Below, piece by piece: positions 47,987 through 56,639 of a stretch of DNA of 64,000 bases. Origin of the DNA: an uncultured virus (IMG/VR IMGVR_UViG_3300008117_000029) (taxonomy: Duplodnaviria > Heunggongvirae > Uroviricota > Caudoviricetes); the IMG/VR virus record IMGVR_UViG_3300008117_000029, positions 1-64,000 of that record. One strand, 5' to 3'. The notes under the pieces were generated by a model. It did no database searches, was not told the origin of the DNA, and saw nothing but the letters and a program-made list of their open reading frames with translations. The position numbers and the translations under genes are program-made. The stretch's first letter is position 1; each line of letters starts with the position of its first letter.

Positions 47987-48378
47987 TTTACTTCAATGTG
48001 ACTTCTACCGTCAGACCAATAACTTTCATCACCATAATAAGTTGTGACTTCCTCATCTTTCGAAATTGGTTTTGTTGCTTTAAATCTTAAAATGTCTTTG
48101 TCCAAATCGTCTTCCCATGTTGCGTTATAGTTTTCGGAATGGTTATATAGTGAACCATATCCAAGAGCAATAACGTGGTTTTGCCAATTCTCTCCTTTTG
48201 GAAATACAAATGTATAGTCAATTAAGGTGTAGTTTGTTTCTCCTCTTTGAACAGGTAATCTAAGAATCGGACACTCTTCAATAACCTCACCCTCGTTTAT
48301 GTCTTCACATGCGAAAACCCCCCAACCGTGAATTGAACTTTTTCTTACTTGTAGTTTTGTATTTCTTTGAATTTCCAT
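47983..48378 (-). CDS. SET-domain protein-lysine methyltransferase
   Basis: IHGWGVFA, YNHS and EEVTTYYG motifs. Confidence 0.9.
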   Translation of the reverse strand: MEIQRNTKLQVRKSSIHGWGVFACEDINEGEVIEECPILRLPVQRGETNYTLIDYTFVFPKGENWQNHVIALGYGSLYNHSENYNATWEDDLDKDILRFKATKPISKDEEVTTYYGDESYWSDGRSHIEVK

Positions 48379-48436
48379 TTGGATTAAATATAATAAACTT
48401 AAAAGTATTTATCAATATAAACAAGTTCAGCTGACT

Positions 48437-48952
48437 ATGGCAGAGAAATTAGTTCCAATTACAAGACTCGGTAAATTTTTTGGCGGTGAGGATTACGCTC
48501 TCGACATTGGTATGGGTGAGGAGTGGTTAATTGGTGATATGAATTTCACCGTAATTTTATATAGAATAGATAGATACAAAACCAAAACTGATGATGTATA
48601 TGGTGAAGTTTTGGAAGATGGTATTCAGTTCTTAGCTCCCGTTGAATTGAAGGGTTACGTTCAGGTTATGGCTCCTACAAATAAAACTGTTGGTAACTCT
48701 AGAGTTGAGTTACAAGAACCAGGTAATATGAGATTTAGTATTTACCAAAAAACTTTGGATGACATGGGTGTTGATATATTCATGGGTGATTATTTTGGAT
48801 ATTATGAAAGTGAAGATAGAGTAAGATATTATGTTGTTAGTGATGATGGATATGTAAAGTCAGACAATAAACACACCTATGGTGGTTACAAACCTTTCTA
48901 TAGAACTGTTGTTGCCACATGGGTTAGTGAAAACGAATTTAACGGAATCTAA
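48437..48952 (+). CDS. Head closure/neck protein (gp14-like)
   Basis: DDVYGE motif, size and position before the tail genes, with TATTTAT upstream. Confidence 0.55.
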   Translation: MAEKLVPITRLGKFFGGEDYALDIGMGEEWLIGDMNFTVILYRIDRYKTKTDDVYGEVLEDGIQFLAPVELKGYVQVMAPTNKTVGNSRVELQEPGNMRFSIYQKTLDDMGVDIFMGDYFGYYESEDRVRYYVVSDDGYVKSDNKHTYGGYKPFYRTVVATWVSENEFNGI

Positions 48953-48954
48953 TT

Positions 48955-49647
48955 ATGAGATTTATTTTAAAAGAATCACAATTGGGTTTTTTATTAGAAC
49001 AAATATCCTATGACCCAAATGTTGAAATCATACAAAAGTATCTGATAAAAAAGGGGTATGATTTGGGTAAGTATGGTCCAAACAAAGATGGAGTGGATGG
49101 TAAGTTAGGACCTTTGACAAGAGGTGCGATGGAACAAGAGTTTGGTTTGAAAATTGTGAGAAAAGGTTCCTCATCACAAAAAACATCTGGTGAGTATGAT
49201 GCAATTTTAGTTGGGGGGTTAGATAATAGGTCTGGTGACTTAAATATAGATTCACAAGTAAGTTTATTGAAACAGGGGATTGGAACTGAAAAGAATGTTA
49301 AAGGTTTTAGGTTTAACACACCATCCTCTACAATTATAGATTTTATCAATAAAAACCCAGGAATCCCGATTTATCTTTTCAGTGCGGGATGCAGGAAATC
49401 TAATGAGATTTCAAATGTCTTGGGTCAAAATAAAAATAACTTGTTCATCATTGAGCCATATGCTGCTGGAAGTGAAACGAAAAATAATGTAAGAAATGCT
49501 GTGAACAACGGAGTTCCTGCTTCAAATGTTTTTGTTGGAAACTCAGTCGGGAGAGGACAAGGGATTGTGATTGGGGCGAGTTCATCCAAGTCAGACTCTC
49601 ATTGGAATGCACTTAAAACTGTGGGTTCAATGACTAAAAATAATTAA
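48955..49647 (+). CDS. Peptidoglycan-binding domain plus alpha/beta-hydrolase-like domain protein
   Basis: IQKYLIKKGY...VDGKLGPLTRGA (PG_binding_1-like), YLFSAG elbow and a C-terminal His. Confidence 0.7.
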   Translation: MRFILKESQLGFLLEQISYDPNVEIIQKYLIKKGYDLGKYGPNKDGVDGKLGPLTRGAMEQEFGLKIVRKGSSSQKTSGEYDAILVGGLDNRSGDLNIDSQVSLLKQGIGTEKNVKGFRFNTPSSTIIDFINKNPGIPIYLFSAGCRKSNEISNVLGQNKNNLFIIEPYAAGSETKNNVRNAVNNGVPASNVFVGNSVGRGQGIVIGASSSKSDSHWNALKTVGSMTKNN

Positions 49648-49648
49648 T

Positions 49649-50689
49649 ATGCCATTACCAAAACAAGTCATACCAACTTTACCATTAGTTCCCAAGAAGA
49701 CTCTTTCTGCAAGGAGGGAGCAACTCTTAGAATATATTAATAAGGATGGGACTTATCTTCCTAAATCAGTATTACATGCGGATTTGGACAGAGGTATGTT
49801 GGACTTTGTAAAAAACGATTTGAAGGTTGTTACTGGAGGTAAAACTGTTCCGATGATTGACATACTATTGACAACACAAAATTGGAGTCAGTATGTTGAA
49901 ACTGCAACATTTGTTAACTTAGATTATAATGTCGAACCTCCATTCGTTACTGTTGTGAGAAATCCTGAGGTGAAATACGGAACCAATCCATCTTTACAAT
50001 ACACAATACCAAACAGAAAACAATTTTATTATGCATCTGTTCCGACTTGGAATGGTAACGAACAAGGTATGGACATATATACAATTCCACAACCAGTTCC
50101 TGTTGATATTAATTATAGTGTGAAGATTGTGTGTAACAGAATGAGAGAATTGAATCAGTTAAATAAAATTACACTTCAGAAGTTTTCTTCGCGTCAAGCC
50201 TATACCTTCATAAAAGGGCAGTATGTTCCGATAATTATGAACAATATTTCAGATGAATCACAAATGACATTGGAGTCAAGGAAGTATTATGTTCAATCAT
50301 ATGATTTTACAATGTTGGGTTACTTGATTGATGAGGAGGAGTTTCAGGTGAAACCAGCCATTGCTCGCGTCGCTCAAGTTGTGGAACTTGACACATCTAC
50401 GATTAGTAAAAGAAGAAGGAAGTTTCCTGAAAATCCTGACGAGTTTTTGTCAAATTTTCAATACGTGGTTGGTAATGACTCTTTGTCTGAGTTCATTGAT
50501 TTCACTGCAGATATGACTTGGGTTGGTTCTGAGAACATCTCTAATTTTGATGTCTTTATTAATGGAGATTATTTCGGTTCGAATGTTAATAAAATACAAA
50601 TAACAACCAACGACATTCTTACAATATCCGTAATGAAACAAGACAACCTGAAAGAAGGTTCTATAAAGTTTGATAGTAAGTTGGTTTAG
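49649..50689 (+). CDS. Tail terminator/sheath stabilizer-like protein (gp15-like)
   Basis: IPQPVPVDINYSV motif, immediately upstream of the sheath gene. Confidence 0.55.
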   Translation: MPLPKQVIPTLPLVPKKTLSARREQLLEYINKDGTYLPKSVLHADLDRGMLDFVKNDLKVVTGGKTVPMIDILLTTQNWSQYVETATFVNLDYNVEPPFVTVVRNPEVKYGTNPSLQYTIPNRKQFYYASVPTWNGNEQGMDIYTIPQPVPVDINYSVKIVCNRMRELNQLNKITLQKFSSRQAYTFIKGQYVPIIMNNISDESQMTLESRKYYVQSYDFTMLGYLIDEEEFQVKPAIARVAQVVELDTSTISKRRRKFPENPDEFLSNFQYVVGNDSLSEFIDFTADMTWVGSENISNFDVFINGDYFGSNVNKIQITTNDILTISVMKQDNLKEGSIKFDSKLV

Positions 50690-50847
50690 TCCTCCCCATA
50701 CAAATCTTTCTTTTCTTTACACTTCTCTAATATTAAATTTTCTAAGAATTTATAAATCTTTATCCCCCTTTTATCACAGTATTTTTTCAATACCTCGTGA
50801 ACCTCAGGTGCTATCTTTATATTCTTTATTTCTTTCTTTTTATTCAT
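50686..50847 (-). CDS. Small ribbon-helix-helix-like DNA-binding protein
   Basis: KNIKIAPEVHEVLKKYCDKRGIKIYKFLENLI. Start moved to the ATG at 50847. Confidence 0.65.
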   Translation of the reverse strand: MNKKKEIKNIKIAPEVHEVLKKYCDKRGIKIYKFLENLILEKCKEKKDLYGED

Positions 50848-50966
50848 AGGTAGAAAAAAGGTAGAATTTATTCTCACCATTTACAAATAGATATTCAAAA
50901 GTCAAGTTTTTTCATTCAGATTAGAATATTTATCATTAAAATAAATCTGCATAGAATAATTTAATA

Positions 50967-53900
50967 ATGGCAACAGCACAAGCAAATCAAAAAGTTTATG
51001 TTTCACCTGGTGTTTATACCTCTGAAACGGATTTATCATTCGTGGCTCAGAGTGTGGGTGTTACTACGTTAGGTTTAGTTGGGGAAACAATTAAGGGTCC
51101 CGCATTTGAACCGATTTTTATAACGAACTACGATGAATTTCAGGCATATTTCGGGGGGTCCGAGCCTGTAAAATTTGTTAATACACAAATCCCTAAATAT
51201 GAAGCGGCTTACATTGCCAAATCTTACTTACAACAATCTAATCAATTGTTCGTAACAAGAATCCTTGGTCTTTCAGGATACGACGCAGGTCCGTCTTGGA
51301 GTATCAAAGTTGTTGCTAATGTTGACCCAACTACGGTTGGTTTCAATCCTGCAACAGCTACCCCTTGGGTGGTAAACTTTACAGGAAGTTCGACAGGGAA
51401 TACAATTTCTTTTCTTAATTCATTCCCTTCACAAATTAACAATTCGTTGACTTCACTTTATAGAATGAGTGACGGAAGCACATCTAATATCCAATCCGAT
51501 ATTTTAGGGTTTGTGAAAGATGTTCTAACAACAAATTCATTGTCTTCAACAACTGCAAATGTATATGGTGCAATTCCAGAAAGTGACTATTATAGTTTGT
51601 CTACAGGACGTAACTTAGTCAACGTATATAATTGTGATAATATAAATTATCCTCTTAATGATTTAACAAGTGGTTTGAATGATTCTTGGTTCTATGCAAA
51701 CTTTAACAACTATTCCAATGATAACTATTCAGGTTATTCTATGGACTATATTGTTTCATCAATAGCAACAGGAGCTTCTAATAGTTTCTCGGGTAGTATT
51801 TCTGGTAATGTATATACATGGTCAGGAACTGCTTTCAGTGAATATAATAACATGGTTGTAGCGACAATCCGTTCAAGAGGTATATCACTTTTTGAAAATA
51901 GTGCAGCAAGTAATGCTCACGGTCCAATTTACGAGGTAAACTCGGGTGGAACTGTTTCAGGATTGAGTGCATTAACTATGGTTTGTTCGGGACAATACTC
52001 AGGGGTTACAATTAATCCTTACGAAACCTTCTTGTTATCAGGTATAACGAAAGATAATGATAATTTCAGTTTTGAAGTTTCATTGTCGGCACTTTCTTCT
52101 AAGTTTATAACTAAAGTATTAGGGACGGACAATTTCGGAAAATCTAGACAGGAGGTTCCTGTATTCGTTGAGGAAGTTTATCCAGCTTCTTTGGCTTATG
52201 CTTATAATCAAAGTTATATCCGTGGATTAGATTGTCAGTTGATTGGTTTACCTGGAGCAAGAACAGAAGACCCAAGTTCAATTGCTTATAACGTAGAAAA
52301 ATATCAATCACCTATGACACCATTCTTGGTTTCAGAGTTGAGAGGTAATAAAGTTTATAAATTATTCAGATTCATATCAATCTCTGATGGAGATGCAGCT
52401 AACGTTGAAGTAAAAGTTTCAATCGCGAACTTGTCTTTTAACAACATGACATTTGATGTTTTAGTTAGAAATTTCTTTGACACCGATGCGAACCCTGTTG
52501 TGATTGAGAAATTCACAAATTGCACTATGGACCCAGCTTCAAATAACTTTGTGGCTAAAAAGATTGGTTCTTCTAATGGTGAGTTTGCTTTAATATCAAA
52601 ATATGTGATGGTTGAAATGTCTGAAGAGGCACCAATAGATGCACTTCCTTGTGGATTCTACGGATACACTCAAAGAGAATATGCATCTGTTAGTAATCCA
52701 TCTCCTGTTCCAAAGTTCAAAACAAAATACTACTTCCCTGGTGAAGTTATCTATAACCCACCTTTCGGTGCAGCAACTGGAGGTGATAATTTAGTCGAGT
52801 CACCTGGTGATATAGTGAGAAGAAGTTACTTAGGTTTTTCAACTCAGTTCGGAATTGACGAATCATTCCTTTCTTATAAAGGTAAACAAAATCCACCTTC
52901 TTGGGTCATTGCTCCAATCCCTGTCGAGGGTGCTACTTGGAACTACTTAAGTAAAGGTTTCCATATGGACTCAGGTGCAACTGTAGTTACTATTGGTAAT
53001 GTTTATCAAACAAGTGGAACACCGGCATTTGAGTGTGGGGTTGCTGATTTCAGATTTGACCCAGAAACACAAGAAAATCCTTACTACTTTATCTACTCAA
53101 GAAAATACACAGTATGTTTCGCTGGTGGGTTTGATGGTTGGGACATTTATAGAGAATATAGAACAAACCAAGATAGATTCCAATTGGGAGCATCAGGTTA
53201 CTTGGCGGGTGCATCTGCATCATCAAGATATCCTTCAGCAACTGGTCAAGGTTTATTTAAGAGAATTGTGGTTGAAAACAATACACAAGATTTTGCTAAC
53301 ACTGACTATTATGCTTATCTATTAGGTATTCTTACGTTCAGAAATCCTGAAGCTACTAATATCAATGTATTTGCAACTTCAAGTATCGATTATTACAATA
53401 ACTCAAACCTTGTTGAAGAAGCTATCGACATGATTCAGTTCCAAAGGGCTGATTCTGTTTATATAGCAACGACACCAGATTATAACATGTATACTCCTGA
53501 TGGAACAAACTCTTTGGATATTATTTATCCTCAGGAAGCGGTTGATAACTTAGATAACACAGGAATTGATTCTAACTATACATCTACTTACTATCCTTGG
53601 ATTTTGGTGAGAGATACAGTAAACAATACACAGATTTACTTACCACCAACAGGTGAAGTTTGTAGAAATTTAGCTCTTACAGATAACATATCCTTCCCAT
53701 GGTTCGCGTCAGCGGGTTACACAAGAGGTCTTGTAAATTCAATAAAGGCAAGATTGAAGTTGACTCAAGAGGATAGAGATACTCTTTATCAAGGAAGAAT
53801 CAACCCTATTGCAACTTTTGCGGACGTTGGAACTGTAATTTGGGGTAACAAAACCCTACAGGTTGCGGATACCGCTCTAAACAGACTTAACGTAAGAAGA

Positions 53901-54191
53901 TTGTTACTTCAGGCTCGTAAGTTAATTTCAGCGGTGGCTGTAAGATTACTGTTCGAACAGAACGACCAAGTAGTAAGACAACAATTCTTGGATAGTGTGA
54001 ACCCAATCCTTGATTCAATTAGAAGAGATAGAGGTCTATATGATTTCCGTGTGACAGTATCTTCTTCACCTGAAGATTTAGACAGAAACACATTAACAGG
54101 AAAGATTTACTTAAAACCAACGAAGGCTCTCGAATTCATAGATATTGAATTCTTTATTACACCAACAGGAGCTTCGTTCGAAAATATCTAA
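50967..54191 (+). CDS. gp18: Tail sheath protein
   Basis: SPGVYTSETD, PWFASAGYTRG, INPI, LNVRRLL and LFEQND motifs. Confidence 0.96.
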   Translation: MATAQANQKVYVSPGVYTSETDLSFVAQSVGVTTLGLVGETIKGPAFEPIFITNYDEFQAYFGGSEPVKFVNTQIPKYEAAYIAKSYLQQSNQLFVTRILGLSGYDAGPSWSIKVVANVDPTTVGFNPATATPWVVNFTGSSTGNTISFLNSFPSQINNSLTSLYRMSDGSTSNIQSDILGFVKDVLTTNSLSSTTANVYGAIPESDYYSLSTGRNLVNVYNCDNINYPLNDLTSGLNDSWFYANFNNYSNDNYSGYSMDYIVSSIATGASNSFSGSISGNVYTWSGTAFSEYNNMVVATIRSRGISLFENSAASNAHGPIYEVNSGGTVSGLSALTMVCSGQYSGVTINPYETFLLSGITKDNDNFSFEVSLSALSSKFITKVLGTDNFGKSRQEVPVFVEEVYPASLAYAYNQSYIRGLDCQLIGLPGARTEDPSSIAYNVEKYQSPMTPFLVSELRGNKVYKLFRFISISDGDAANVEVKVSIANLSFNNMTFDVLVRNFFDTDANPVVIEKFTNCTMDPASNNFVAKKIGSSNGEFALISKYVMVEMSEEAPIDALPCGFYGYTQREYASVSNPSPVPKFKTKYYFPGEVIYNPPFGAATGGDNLVESPGDIVRRSYLGFSTQFGIDESFLSYKGKQNPPSWVIAPIPVEGATWNYLSKGFHMDSGATVVTIGNVYQTSGTPAFECGVADFRFDPETQENPYYFIYSRKYTVCFAGGFDGWDIYREYRTNQDRFQLGASGYLAGASASSRYPSATGQGLFKRIVVENNTQDFANTDYYAYLLGILTFRNPEATNINVFATSSIDYYNNSNLVEEAIDMIQFQRADSVYIATTPDYNMYTPDGTNSLDIIYPQEAVDNLDNTGIDSNYTSTYYPWILVRDTVNNTQIYLPPTGEVCRNLALTDNISFPWFASAGYTRGLVNSIKARLKLTQEDRDTLYQGRINPIATFADVGTVIWGNKTLQVADTALNRLNVRRLLLQARKLISAVAVRLLFEQNDQVVRQQFLDSVNPILDSIRRDRGLYDFRVTVSSSPEDLDRNTLTGKIYLKPTKALEFIDIEFFITPTGASFENI

Positions 54192-54198
54192 TAAAAAC

Positions 54199-54224
54199 GG
54201 GGGGACAAAATCCCCCCATTTTTT
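54199..54224 (+). terminator. Rho-independent terminator
   Basis: GGGGGGA-CAAAA-TCCCCCC hairpin followed by AT6. Confidence 0.85.
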
Positions 54225-54235
54225 AGCCATACTAA

Positions 54236-55066
54236 ATGAGAAAAGAGATTACAGAAGGTTTCAAAGACGAGAAAACCCCGGATTTAAAATATTACGCTTT
54301 CGACTGGGATGACAATATTGTGCACATGCCGACAAAGATAATTCTGAAAGATTCAGACGGAGAAGAGGTAGGTATGTCAACCGAAGATTTTGCAGAATAC
54401 CGACACATTGTAGGAAAAGAAGATTTTGAATATAACGGACATAAGATTGTTGGGTTCGGTGACAATCCGTTTAGAAACTTTCGAACTGAAGGAGACAAAG
54501 ACTTTTTGATTGATTCTATGCAAGCAAAGAAGGGACCAGCTTTTGATGACTTTAGAGAAGCAATAAATAATGGTTCAATATTTGCAATAATCACTGCAAG
54601 GGGTCATAATCCCGAAACCCTGAAACAATCCGTCTACAATTATATTGTAAATGATTTCGGCGGGATATCCAAAGATGAACTAATCAAAAATTTAAAAAAA
54701 TATAGGAACTTTACAGGTGAAGAAGATTTATCTGATAAAGAACTTATCGACCTTTATTTGGATTTAAACAAATACCATCCCGTTTCTTTTGGAGATGAGT
54801 CGGGTGCCACAAATCCCGAGGAGGCGAAGGTTAGAGCGATGAATGATTTTGTGGACTACATTAAGAATATGGCAGCATTACTTAATAAAAGAGCATGGTT
54901 AAAAAACGACATAGGAAACAAATTTACACCATCTAAACCATCAATTGGTTTTTCAGACGATGACCCAAGAAATGTAGAAGTAATGAGAAAAGCCTTTAAA
55001 GATAAACCAGATAATTTAGTTAAAACATATTCTACTGCTGGAGGAACTAAGAAGGAAGTGCAATAA
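54236..55066 (+). CDS. HAD-superfamily phosphatase-like protein
   Basis: FDWDDN (motif I), ITARGH (II), K (III) and FSDDD (IV). Confidence 0.75.
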   Translation: MRKEITEGFKDEKTPDLKYYAFDWDDNIVHMPTKIILKDSDGEEVGMSTEDFAEYRHIVGKEDFEYNGHKIVGFGDNPFRNFRTEGDKDFLIDSMQAKKGPAFDDFREAINNGSIFAIITARGHNPETLKQSVYNYIVNDFGGISKDELIKNLKKYRNFTGEEDLSDKELIDLYLDLNKYHPVSFGDESGATNPEEAKVRAMNDFVDYIKNMAALLNKRAWLKNDIGNKFTPSKPSIGFSDDDPRNVEVMRKAFKDKPDNLVKTYSTAGGTKKEVQ

Positions 55067-55158
55067 GAATACTTTTTTTAAAAATTAAAGTAAAGAGAAA
55101 TATTTTCTAACAGACTATATTTATAACATATAAACACTGAAAACAAAAAATTAATTAT

Positions 55159-55647
55159 ATGGCTGATTTACTGATGAAAATGCCCATACCTTACGAACCG
55201 AAACGTCAGAATCGATTCATTCTAAGGTTTCCGTCAAGTTTAGGTATTAATGAGTGGTTCGTGGAGTCTGCTTCAAGACCATCTATCAAGATAAACTCAA
55301 CTGAAATTCAATTCTTAAACACTTCAACATTTGTTGCAGGTAGATTTAACTGGGATGAAATTCAGGTAAAATTTAGAGACCCAATTGGTCCTTCAGCTGC
55401 ACAAGCACTTATGGAATGGGTTCGTCTACACGCTGAGTCGGTAACAGGTCGTATGGGTTACGCAGCGGGTTATAAAAAAGATATTGACCTTGAGATGTTG
55501 GACCCAACAGGGGTGGTGGTAGAAAAATGGATTCTCTATGGAACCTTCCTAACAAGTGCAAACTTCGGAAGTCTGTCTTACAGTCAGGACGCTCTTGCAG
55601 ATATTACTTGTGGATTGAGAATGGATAGATGTGTGTTAGTTTACTAA
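55159..55647 (+). CDS. gp19: Tail tube protein (gp19-like)
   Basis: YEPKRQNRF and YKKDI...VEKWILYG motifs, 162 aa, downstream of the sheath gene. Confidence 0.9.
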   Translation: MADLLMKMPIPYEPKRQNRFILRFPSSLGINEWFVESASRPSIKINSTEIQFLNTSTFVAGRFNWDEIQVKFRDPIGPSAAQALMEWVRLHAESVTGRMGYAAGYKKDIDLEMLDPTGVVVEKWILYGTFLTSANFGSLSYSQDALADITCGLRMDRCVLVY

Positions 55648-55680
55648 TACTCTTTATAAAAAATCGTTTCTAATTATATT

Positions 55681-55717
55681 TAACCGTAGACATAAACTCT
55701 ACGGTTATTTTTTTTTT
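55681..55717 (+). terminator. Rho-independent terminator
   Basis: TAACCGTAGA-N7-TCTACGGTTA followed by T10. Confidence 0.85.
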
Positions 55718-56467
55718 ATGGATGAACAAACAAGAAATTATGCACAGAGTAATTTAACATTACCTCACGATATCGTGCCCTTACCATCTGAAGGGGTATT
55801 TTACAAGAATAAAAAGAAATCTGTGAAGGTTGGTTATCTGACCGCAGCTGATGAAAACATTCTTATGGCTGGTGGATTGGATATTACCACTAATCTTTTG
55901 AGAAATAAATTATACGAACCTGACATGAGGATTGATGATTTATTGGAAGGAGATGTGGAAGCTATTTTAGTATTTTTAAGAAACACAGGTTTTGGACCAG
56001 AGATGAACTTAAACCTTACCGACCCACAAACCAAAAAGACTTTTCCTGCGACAATTGTATTGGACGAATTGAATGTAAATAAAGGACAAAAACCAAATGA
56101 AGACGGAACTTTTATCACTACTTTACCAAAATCAAATTCAACAGTCAAACTCAAACCTATTACATATGGTGAGATAAACGAAATACAAAAAATCATAGAT
56201 ACATATCCCCAAGGGAGAGTTGCACCAAAAGTTACTCTCAGGCTTAATAAAGAAATTGTTGAGGTAAATGGAACTAGTGACAGAGCGGAAATTGCCAAGT
56301 TTGTAGAACAAATGCCAATTATGGACTCCAAGTATATTCGTAAGTTCATGGATGAAAATGAACCTAAATTGGATTTGAGAAGAGAAGTAATAGCCCCATC
56401 AGGAGAAAGACTAACAGTCAACGTTGGTTTTGGGGTTGAATTTTTTCGCCCTTTCTTCGGATTATAG
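55718..56467 (+). CDS. Tail/baseplate hub assembly chaperone (gp26-like)
   Basis: VPLPSEGVFY and LTAADENIL motifs. Lies between the tube and tape-measure genes. Confidence 0.75.
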   Translation: MDEQTRNYAQSNLTLPHDIVPLPSEGVFYKNKKKSVKVGYLTAADENILMAGGLDITTNLLRNKLYEPDMRIDDLLEGDVEAILVFLRNTGFGPEMNLNLTDPQTKKTFPATIVLDELNVNKGQKPNEDGTFITTLPKSNSTVKLKPITYGEINEIQKIIDTYPQGRVAPKVTLRLNKEIVEVNGTSDRAEIAKFVEQMPIMDSKYIRKFMDENEPKLDLRREVIAPSGERLTVNVGFGVEFFRPFFGL

Positions 56468-56600
56468 GAAAGGTCAAATTGATGAATTCTATTATTTGAA
56501 TAGATTGTTGAATATAAGTTGGACCGATTTTGAAAAAATGCCTCTTTTTGTGAGAAGATATATTTTGGATAAATGGGTTGAAGAAAATCAAAAGGACTGA
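56442..56600 (+). CDS. Unannotated frameshift extension of the tail chaperone (gp51-like / gpGT-analogous)
   Basis: The +1 frame reads FFALSSDYRKGQIDEFYYLNRLLNISWTDFEKMPLFVRRYILDKWVEENQKD. It has no upstream ATG and is entered at TTT TTT CGC. Confidence 0.7.
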   Translation, partial: FFALSSDYRKGQIDEFYYLNRLLNISWTDFEKMPLFVRRYILDKWVEENQKD

Positions 56601-56616
56601 AAAATCAGTCCTTTTG
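56589..56616 (+). terminator. Hairpin, probably a terminator
   Basis: CAAAAGGACTGA-AAAA-TCAGTCCTTTTG, a 12-bp perfect inverted repeat at the end of the frameshift ORF. Confidence 0.65.
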
Positions 56617-56639
56617 TATTTATATAATATTACTAAATT

